Shown piece by piece: positions 58,273-64,000 of a DNA stretch of 64,000 nt. Source of the stretch: an uncultured Candidatus Melainabacteria bacterium (lineage in GTDB: Bacteria; Cyanobacteriota; Vampirovibrionia; Gastranaerophilales; Gastranaerophilaceae); NCBI GenBank assembly GCA_934717855.1, contig CAKUZI010000004.1, forward strand, positions 43,973-107,972, written 5' to 3'. Position 1 is the first letter of the stretch. Every line of letters begins with the position of its first letter. The notes below the pieces were generated by a model. That model was not told the DNA's origin. It ran no database searches and saw only the letters and a program-made list of their open reading frames with translations. The position numbers and the translations under genes were made by a program.

Positions 58273-58318
58273 GATAATTTATTTCCCAGTAGAGCCGAAA
58301 CCGCCTTCCCCGCGAGAT
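58273..58318 (-). pseudogene. decayed duplicate of the 3' end of dut
   Basis: TTATTTCCCAGTAGAGCCGAAACC is identical to the real dut terminus at 59628..59651. The next 21 nt are about 70% identical. Confidence 0.55.
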
Positions 58319-58358
58319 TTATCAAAAAAGAACCTCTCTAGTGATAAGGTTCTTTTTT
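58319..58358. repeat. terminator-like hairpin, copy 2 (identical to 57421..57458)
   Basis: AAAAAAGAACCTCTCTAGTGATAAGGTTCTTTTTTTT. Confidence 0.7.
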
Positions 58359-58404
58359 TTATAGTGATTTGGTATTGTTGGGATATGTATCTATTAGTAC
58401 TGTT

Positions 58405-58623
58405 TTAATCAAAAGTAAATAATTTATTTGGCTCGACATCTAACGCTGTAATCAGACGATATAAAGTTTTAAATGTAATATTTCTTGTACCACATTCAAT
58501 GTCACTAATATAATGAGAATCAATACCGAGTTTTTCAGCCAATTTTTCCTGAGTATAACCACGTATTAGACGGTAGTATTTCAATTTATTCCCGAATTTT
58601 GCACAAAGTTCATTGTATTCCAT
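58405..58623 (-). CDS. XRE-family HTH transcriptional regulator (small)
   Basis: 72 aa. LKYYRLIRGYTQEKLAEKLGIDSHYISDIECG. Divergent from the pseudopilin gene. Confidence 0.7.
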   Translation of the reverse strand: MEYNELCAKFGNKLKYYRLIRGYTQEKLAEKLGIDSHYISDIECGTRNITFKTLYRLITALDVEPNKLFTFD

Positions 58624-58662
58624 ATTCTAATCATATAGGATTATAATATTCAATAAATAGTA

Positions 58663-59493
58663 TTGCAAAATACAATATTGTATATTATGATATACAATAT
58701 GATAAATAAATTGATTAATAATGATTTTGTTTTGACGGAAGATATTGTACGGGGAACTTACTGCAATAATTTCCGTAAATCAGGTTTTACTTTAGCAGAG
58801 GTGTTAATTACTTTAGGTATAATAGGAGTTGTTGCTTCTTTGGTTTTACCTACGTTAATTGAAAAATTTAAGGACAAAGTTTATATTACACAAACTAAAA
58901 AGACTTATTCTACTGTACAGACAGTATTCAATCAATGGATGTATGACAAAGGTTGTCTTGATTATGCCTGCCTTTTTGAGCAATCTAAAACTCAGGCAGA
59001 ATTGTCTAGCGAATTTTTATCATATTTTAAGAGCGTAAAAACTTGTAAACTTTCTGTATCTGGTTGTTTAGCTGATAATATAAAATTACCTAAAGCAACT
59101 AATAATGGTCATGGAAAATTAGATGTAATGCATGGAAAAAATTGGTATAGTGCAATTTTAGCTGATGGTTCAGTAGTCGGAATATTCCCTTATGTTAATG
59201 GGGATGAAAATTGTGGACGAATTTTTGTTGACAGGCTAAGAGATGAAAATGGTAATTATATTTCTGATGGAAAGGGTGGGTACAAAACAAAAGAGACATA
59301 TTCAAAACAGTGTGGAGTTTTTTTGATTGATTCAAATGGTTTGAAAGGACCAAATCAGCTTGGCGCGGATGTATATACTTTTATTATTAATAATAAAAGT
59401 ATATTTAATTGGCATACAAAAATTGATACAGTATTGGTAGATGAAAAACTTGATTATATAAACTACAATCTAGATAATATAAAAGGTAATTAA
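58663..59493 (+). CDS. prepilin-type N-terminal cleavage/methylation domain protein (pseudopilin)
   Basis: ...FRKSG then FTLAEVLITLGIIGVVASLVLPTLI. The start among several upstream Met is uncertain. The 12-bp palindrome TACAATATTGTA sits at the start region. Confidence 0.65.
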   Translation: MQNTILYIMIYNMINKLINNDFVLTEDIVRGTYCNNFRKSGFTLAEVLITLGIIGVVASLVLPTLIEKFKDKVYITQTKKTYSTVQTVFNQWMYDKGCLDYACLFEQSKTQAELSSEFLSYFKSVKTCKLSVSGCLADNIKLPKATNNGHGKLDVMHGKNWYSAILADGSVVGIFPYVNGDENCGRIFVDRLRDENGNYISDGKGGYKTKETYSKQCGVFLIDSNGLKGPNQLGADVYTFIINNKSIFNWHTKIDTVLVDEKLDYINYNLDNIKGN

Positions 59494-59515
59494 TTATTAT
59501 TATAATATTGAACAG

Positions 59516-59572
59516 TTAAATTTGTTGTTTGAACAAACAACGACTATTTATTCACAGACAAATAGTCGTTGT
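59516..59572. terminator. twin hairpins between the convergent pseudopilin and dut genes
   Basis: GTTGTTTGAACAAACAAC and CGACTATTTATTCACAGACAAATAGTCG. Confidence 0.55.
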
Positions 59573-59627
59573 AATAATATTCATTTCAATTAATAACGAA
59601 ATTTTTCTTTAAAAAAGGTAGCAAAAT

Positions 59628-60065
59628 CTATTTCCCAGTAGAGCCGAAACCACCCTCTCCTCGAGATGTTTCTGAAAGCTCTACTGCAACTTTAATTTCT
59701 GCTTGTTCAACTCGAGCAATTACCATTTGTGCAATTCTTTCGTCTGGTTGAATTGTATATGCTTCATTTGAAACATTTACGATTGGCACACAAACTTCTC
59801 CACGGTAATCTTCATCAATTGTTCCGATGCAGTTGATAAGAGTAATTCCGTGTTTAATAGAAAGTCCTGAACGAGGTCTTACTTGCGCTTCATATCCGTG
59901 TTCAAGTTCAATTTTTAGCCCTGTAGGAATTAACTTTCTTTCCAAAGGTTGCAATGTAATCGGTTCAGAAATAGCTGCGCATAAATCCATTCCTGCAGCT
60001 CCCTCTGTTTTGTATTCCGGTAAAAATTTGTTGTGTGGTAACCTTTCAATTTTCAATACTGTCAT
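59628..60065 (-). CDS. dut: dUTP diphosphatase
   Basis: 145 aa. [24 protein letters not shown]-terminus [12 protein letters not shown]. Confidence 0.9.
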   Translation of the reverse strand: MTVLKIERLPHNKFLPEYKTEGAAGMDLCAAISEPITLQPLERKLIPTGLKIELEHGYEAQVRPRSGLSIKHGITLINCIGTIDEDYRGEVCVPIVNVSNEAYTIQPDERIAQMVIARVEQAEIKVAVELSETSRGEGGFGSTGK

Positions 60066-60078
60066 TTTTTAGCCTTTC

Positions 60079-60849
60079 TTATTTATACATTTCAGATCGT
60101 ATTTTTTTAATTTCTCCAATAGTTTCAGGATAATTTTCAGTCAAAAGTTCGCCAATTGATTTGTAAAGTTTAAGAATAGATTGCTCTATGTTTTTGTGAT
60201 TAAGATTTACCATATCGCAAGCCATTTCTTCGTTTGACAAAGCTAGGCGAGTCATATCCCTAAAACCGCTGGACGCTATTTCTAGAGCAAGCGGATTATC
60301 TTTTGCCGATAATACAAGAGCTTGTGCCAACACCATTGGCATATGTGAAATTAGTGCAACGGATTTGTCGTGTTCTTCCGCACTTGCAAAAACCGGTTTT
60401 GCCCCAACAAAATCAATGATTTCAAGCAAAGGATTAAATATTTCGTTTTCTGATTGTTTAGTTGAATAGTCATTAATTACAACCCATTTTGCACCTTTAA
60501 ACAATCCTTTAAAAGAGTTTTCAAACCCTTTATGTTCTGTACCAGCCATCGGGTGAGACGGAATAAAATTGTAAGGTCTTTGTTTTTGGCAAACAAATTC
60601 TTTTAAACTGCATACATCTGTAACTACTGTTTCCGGTTTTAAAACATTTTCAAGCTCGTCTAATACATTGAGAGTTTTGTTCATTGCAGTGCAAACAAAG
60701 ACAATATCCCTGTCTTTTAGTACATCATAAGTACTAAAAATTCTATCTCCGTTTTGAGATTGTGAAACAGCAATAACGTCGAAAGTCTTGCTCAAATCTT
60801 TGAATAGAGACCCGCCAATTAATCCTAAACCTATAATTCCAATTTTCAT
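60079..60849 (-). CDS. tyrA: prephenate dehydrogenase
   Basis: 256 aa. MKIGIIGLGLIGGSL Rossmann. HPMAG catalytic His region. Confidence 0.8.
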   Translation of the reverse strand: MKIGIIGLGLIGGSLFKDLSKTFDVIAVSQSQNGDRIFSTYDVLKDRDIVFVCTAMNKTLNVLDELENVLKPETVVTDVCSLKEFVCQKQRPYNFIPSHPMAGTEHKGFENSFKGLFKGAKWVVINDYSTKQSENEIFNPLLEIIDFVGAKPVFASAEEHDKSVALISHMPMVLAQALVLSAKDNPLALEIASSGFRDMTRLALSNEEMACDMVNLNHKNIEQSILKLYKSIGELLTENYPETIGEIKKIRSEMYK

Positions 60850-60949
60850 AAAAAAATTGTATCACAAAAATTAATCTAAGAAATTAATGGATAGTAACAT
60901 TTTGACTGTGTTGATATTGTGTAGTAAAATTGAGAAAAAGGAGATTGAT

Positions 60950-61465
60950 ATGGATTTGTTAGAACTTTTAAAGAAAAGATATTCAGTAAGAAAATTTGAA
61001 GATAAAAAAGTCGAAAAAGAAAAGTTAGATTCAATTTTGGAAGCATCTAGAGTTGCACCGACAGCTTGTAACTTTCAACCGCAAAGAATTTTAGTTTTAA
61101 ATACTGAAGCTTCTTTAGAAAAGTTAAAAAAATGTACTCCTTATCATTTTCATGCCCCGCTTGCATTAATTGTATGTTACGACAAAACAACAAGCTGGAA
61201 ACGTAAAGATGGCGACGATATGGGGGAAGTTGATGCTGCAATCGTTACAACTCAGATGATGCTTGAAACAGAGAATATTGGTCTTGGTACAACTTGGGTT
61301 GGATATTTTGACAAGGAAGAATTGATTAAGGAGTTTGAAATTCCTGAAAATTTTGTTCCGGTTTCTATTCTTCCGATTGGTTATCCGAAAGCTGGAGTTG
61401 AGCCAAATCCTCTTCACTTTGAACGAAAAGATTTGAGTGAAACTGTATTTTATAATAAGTTTTAA
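60950..61465 (+). CDS. nitroreductase family protein
   Basis: Start at MDLLELLKKRYSVRKFEDKKV, with an AAAGGAG RBS. Classic nitroreductase N-terminus RRS.R.F. Confidence 0.8.
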   Translation: MDLLELLKKRYSVRKFEDKKVEKEKLDSILEASRVAPTACNFQPQRILVLNTEASLEKLKKCTPYHFHAPLALIVCYDKTTSWKRKDGDDMGEVDAAIVTTQMMLETENIGLGTTWVGYFDKEELIKEFEIPENFVPVSILPIGYPKAGVEPNPLHFERKDLSETVFYNKF

Positions 61466-61467
61466 AA

Positions 61468-61500
61468 AATTACGGGTGGAAAAATTTCCACCCATTTATT
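61468..61500. terminator. bidirectional terminator hairpin
   Basis: GGGTGGAAAAATTTCCACCC flanked by A/T runs. Confidence 0.6.
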
Positions 61501-61501
61501 T

Positions 61502-61804
61502 TTATATTTTGATTAATAAAAATCGACTATCTTTCAATGCAACAACTTTGTGTTGTTTATCTTTTTTAAACATTAAAATTTCACCTTTTTCAATCTTAAA
61601 TTTTTCTGCATCAAAGTGAAGTTCTATTTCTCCATCAATAACTACAACAGCGACATCACATGTAGATGTATGAGTATCAATAATTTCTTCTTTTTTCAAT
61701 GAAATAACAGATAAGCTACTATTGTCATGTTCCATTAGAATTTCTTTTTCAAACTGTTTGTCGGTTTTCCCAAGTTCTTTGAGTTTTAGTACATTGTAAA
61801 ACAT
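61502..61804 (-). CDS. cupin-domain protein
   Basis: 100 aa. HTSTCDVAVVVIDGEIELHF...GEILMFKKDKQH matches the conserved cupin barrel motifs. Confidence 0.6.
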   Translation of the reverse strand: MFYNVLKLKELGKTDKQFEKEILMEHDNSSLSVISLKKEEIIDTHTSTCDVAVVVIDGEIELHFDAEKFKIEKGEILMFKKDKQHKVVALKDSRFLLIKI

Positions 61805-62275
61805 TTTAATTCTCCTTATTTTGTTTCGTTCTTATTTTAAAAAAGGAGAAAAATTTTTGTATTAGACAGTTGTAGAATAAATTTTATTAATGTTCTTAAA
61901 GGCATGACATTCGCTTATTCTCAAAGTTTTGAACCATGCTTTATGGCATGCCCTTTGTGTTTCGTGTAATTGCAGGATAAATACTTTTAATTGTGTTAAA
62001 TAATGTGCAAAATATTACGATAATAAAAACGATTATGAAGAAATTTAAACTCGGGTAACCTTGTCAAATAAAGATAAACCCAAAAATCAATCTTTATAAT
62101 ACCATTAATCTATTGCAATGTTGATTTTAAATGGTGTATTATATTAATACGAATAAATAAACGAGATTTGGAAAAATAAAAGGTAGTTTAATCTTGGAAT
62201 AGCTTGAGTAGTCAAACTTTTCAGGGTAGGGGTAGCCCAAGAGGCAAAATTTCGCAGTGAAGGAGATTAGATAAA

Positions 62276-64000
62276 ATGCAAAATAATATTTTGGACAATA
62301 ATAAGGTTGTAAATCTTACACCATTAACATCTAAAAAATCAGTTTCGAATGCGACAGTTCCGACTGAATTGAGAAGTGTGAAAGATCATGCTATTGCAAG
62401 TAAAATTGTAGTGATTAAAAAAGATGGAACTAGGGAAGATTATAATTTCCAGAAGATTATTAACGCAGTAAAAAAATCTGCCGGAAGAGTTATGATTTCA
62501 TTGTCTGATGAAGATTTTAATGATTTGGCAGAATATGTAGAAAGCGAACTTGCAAATCTAAACTCTAAAGAAGTTAACATTGCTCAAATGCACGATATTG
62601 TTGAAAGCGCATTAGAAGATGTTAGTCCGAAAATTGCAAGAAGTTACAGAAATTACCGTAACTACAAAAAGGATTTCGTTCATATGCTTGACAAAGTTTA
62701 CCAAGAAAGTCAAAAAATTATGTATATCGGTGATAAAGAGAATTCTAACGCCGATTCTGCACTTGTGTCTACAAAACGTTCATTGATTTTCAATGAGTTG
62801 AACAAAGAGTTATATAAAAAGTTTTTCTTGAATGTTGAAGAACTTCAAGCAATAAATGACGGTTATATTTATATTCACGATATGTCAGCAAGACGTGATA
62901 CTATGAACTGTTGCTTATTTGATGTTGCATCAGTTTTAAAAGGCGGATTTGAAATGGGTAACTTGTGGTATAACGAACCAAAATCCCTAAATGTTGCGTT
63001 TGACGTAATCGGAGATATTACAATGGCAGCTGCAAGTCAACAATACGGTGGTTTTACATTGCCGGAAGTTGATAAAATTCTTGCACCTTATGCACAAAAA
63101 ACTTATGAAGCAAGCTATGCAAAATATATTGAAATGGGAATTTCTCCTGAAAAAGCAGATGTTCAGGCTACAAAAGATGTAGAAAAAGATTTTCACGATG
63201 GTTTCCAAGGATGGGAATACAAATTTAATACAGTTGCATCAAGTAGAGGTGATTATCCGTTCATTACAGTTAGTGCCGGTTTAGGACAATCTAAATTTGA
63301 AAAAATGGCAACAATTGTAATGCTTGATGTGAGACGTGGTGGTCAAGGTAAAAAATCTTGCAAAAAACCTGTATTGTTCCCTAAAATCGTGTTCTTGTTC
63401 GATAAAGATTTACACGGAAAAGGAAAACCATTAGAAGATGTTTATAATGCAGGTATTGAATGTTCTAAAAAGGCTATGTATCCGGATTGGTTGTCTTTGA
63501 CCGGTGAAGGTTACGTTGCATCAATGTACAAACAATATGGAAAAGTTGTTTCTCCAATGGGTTGCAGAGCGTTCTTGTCTCCTTGGTACGAAAGAGGCGG
63601 AATGCACAAAGCTGATGAAAATGACAAACCAATTTTTGTTGGTAGATTTAATATCGGAGCAATCAGCTTACACTTACCTTTGATTTATGCAAAGGCTCAA
63701 AAAGAAAGCAAAGATTTTTATGAAGTTCTTGATTACTATATGGAATTAATCAGAAAAATTCATATCAGAACTTATGATTACTTGGGAGAAATGAAAGCTT
63801 CAACAAACCCTCTTGCATATTGTGAAGGCGGTTTCTTAGGCGGTCACTTGGGTATTCATGACAAAATTAAGCCTATTTTGAAATCAGCAACAGCTTCATT
63901 CGGTATTACAGCATTGAATGAGTTGCAAGAACTTTATAACGGAAAATCTTTGGCAGAAGATGGAGCATTTGCTCTTGAAGTTATGGAATATATCAATAAG
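62276..64000 (+). CDS. nrdD: anaerobic ribonucleoside-triphosphate reductase (class III), 3'-truncated by the window end
   Basis: Read manually. AAGGAG RBS then MQNNILDNNKV. ATP-cone-like N-terminus. Core with CLFDVASVLKGGFEMGN. Open to the window end. Confidence 0.85.
   Translation, partial: MQNNILDNNKVVNLTPLTSKKSVSNATVPTELRSVKDHAIASKIVVIKKDGTREDYNFQKIINAVKKSAGRVMISLSDEDFNDLAEYVESELANLNSKEVNIAQMHDIVESALEDVSPKIARSYRNYRNYKKDFVHMLDKVYQESQKIMYIGDKENSNADSALVSTKRSLIFNELNKELYKKFFLNVEELQAINDGYIYIHDMSARRDTMNCCLFDVASVLKGGFEMGNLWYNEPKSLNVAFDVIGDITMAAASQQYGGFTLPEVDKILAPYAQKTYEASYAKYIEMGISPEKADVQATKDVEKDFHDGFQGWEYKFNTVASSRGDYPFITVSAGLGQSKFEKMATIVMLDVRRGGQGKKSCKKPVLFPKIVFLFDKDLHGKGKPLEDVYNAGIECSKKAMYPDWLSLTGEGYVASMYKQYGKVVSPMGCRAFLSPWYERGGMHKADENDKPIFVGRFNIGAISLHLPLIYAKAQKESKDFYEVLDYYMELIRKIHIRTYDYLGEMKASTNPLAYCEGGFLGGHLGIHDKIKPILKSATASFGITALNELQELYNGKSLAEDGAFALEVMEYINK

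Noticed and set aside
62040-62130. Possible NrdR boxes in the nrdD leader (TTGTGTTAAATAATGTGC region).
   Set aside because: This is not a convincing 16-bp palindrome pair with the expected spacing. It cannot be supported without a search.
1-64000. tRNA, rRNA and CRISPR screening.
   Set aside because: No T-arm GGTTCGAATCC-type motifs or cloverleaf candidates were found in intergenic regions. Repeats are irregularly spaced and heterogeneous, so they do not form a CRISPR array. No rRNA-like conserved stretches.

Overview
This 64-kb window is AT-rich (about 33% GC). Gene content suggests an anaerobic, diderm bacterium: an AcrAB-TolC-type RND efflux operon, GH57, class III NrdD, and three prepilin-type (FTLAEV-) pseudopilin paralogs. 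The composition and pilin abundance resemble Elusimicrobia/Endomicrobia-like genomes, but that is an impression, not a determination.

The core backbone is:
- part of the alpha ribosomal operon: infA-rpmJ-rpsM-rpsK-rpsD-rpoA-rplQ-truA-rplM-rpsI
- ileS, fusA, pheT, mutL, folD, rplI, uppS, rdgB, lepB, dut, tyrA
- an ispB-like polyprenyl synthase, a DAACS symporter and a phosphohexomutase

The accessory content is:
- a c-di-GMP neighbourhood: GAF-HD-GYP, GGDEF, two tandem orphan LuxR-type response regulators, TPR and pentapeptide proteins
- two pseudopilin genes, each divergent from a small XRE regulator
- a likely orphan methyltransferase
- a DUF559 endonuclease cassette bounded by nested inverted repeats
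- a paralogous protein family with conserved N and C termini and a variable core

The most striking property is the density of small GC-rich or palindromic repeat families. These resemble MITEs or Rickettsia palindromic elements (RPEs). One is inserted in frame in the ispB-like CDS. A fragment of another sits in frame in ileS. Others occupy operon-internal spacers (acrA-acrB, rpmJ-rpsM, rpsK-rpsD).

There is a G11 homopolymer in a pseudopilin leader and a G7 tract in one family paralog. A decayed duplicate of the dut 3' end and duplicated hairpins point to cassette insertion near dut. I found no tRNA, rRNA or CRISPR.
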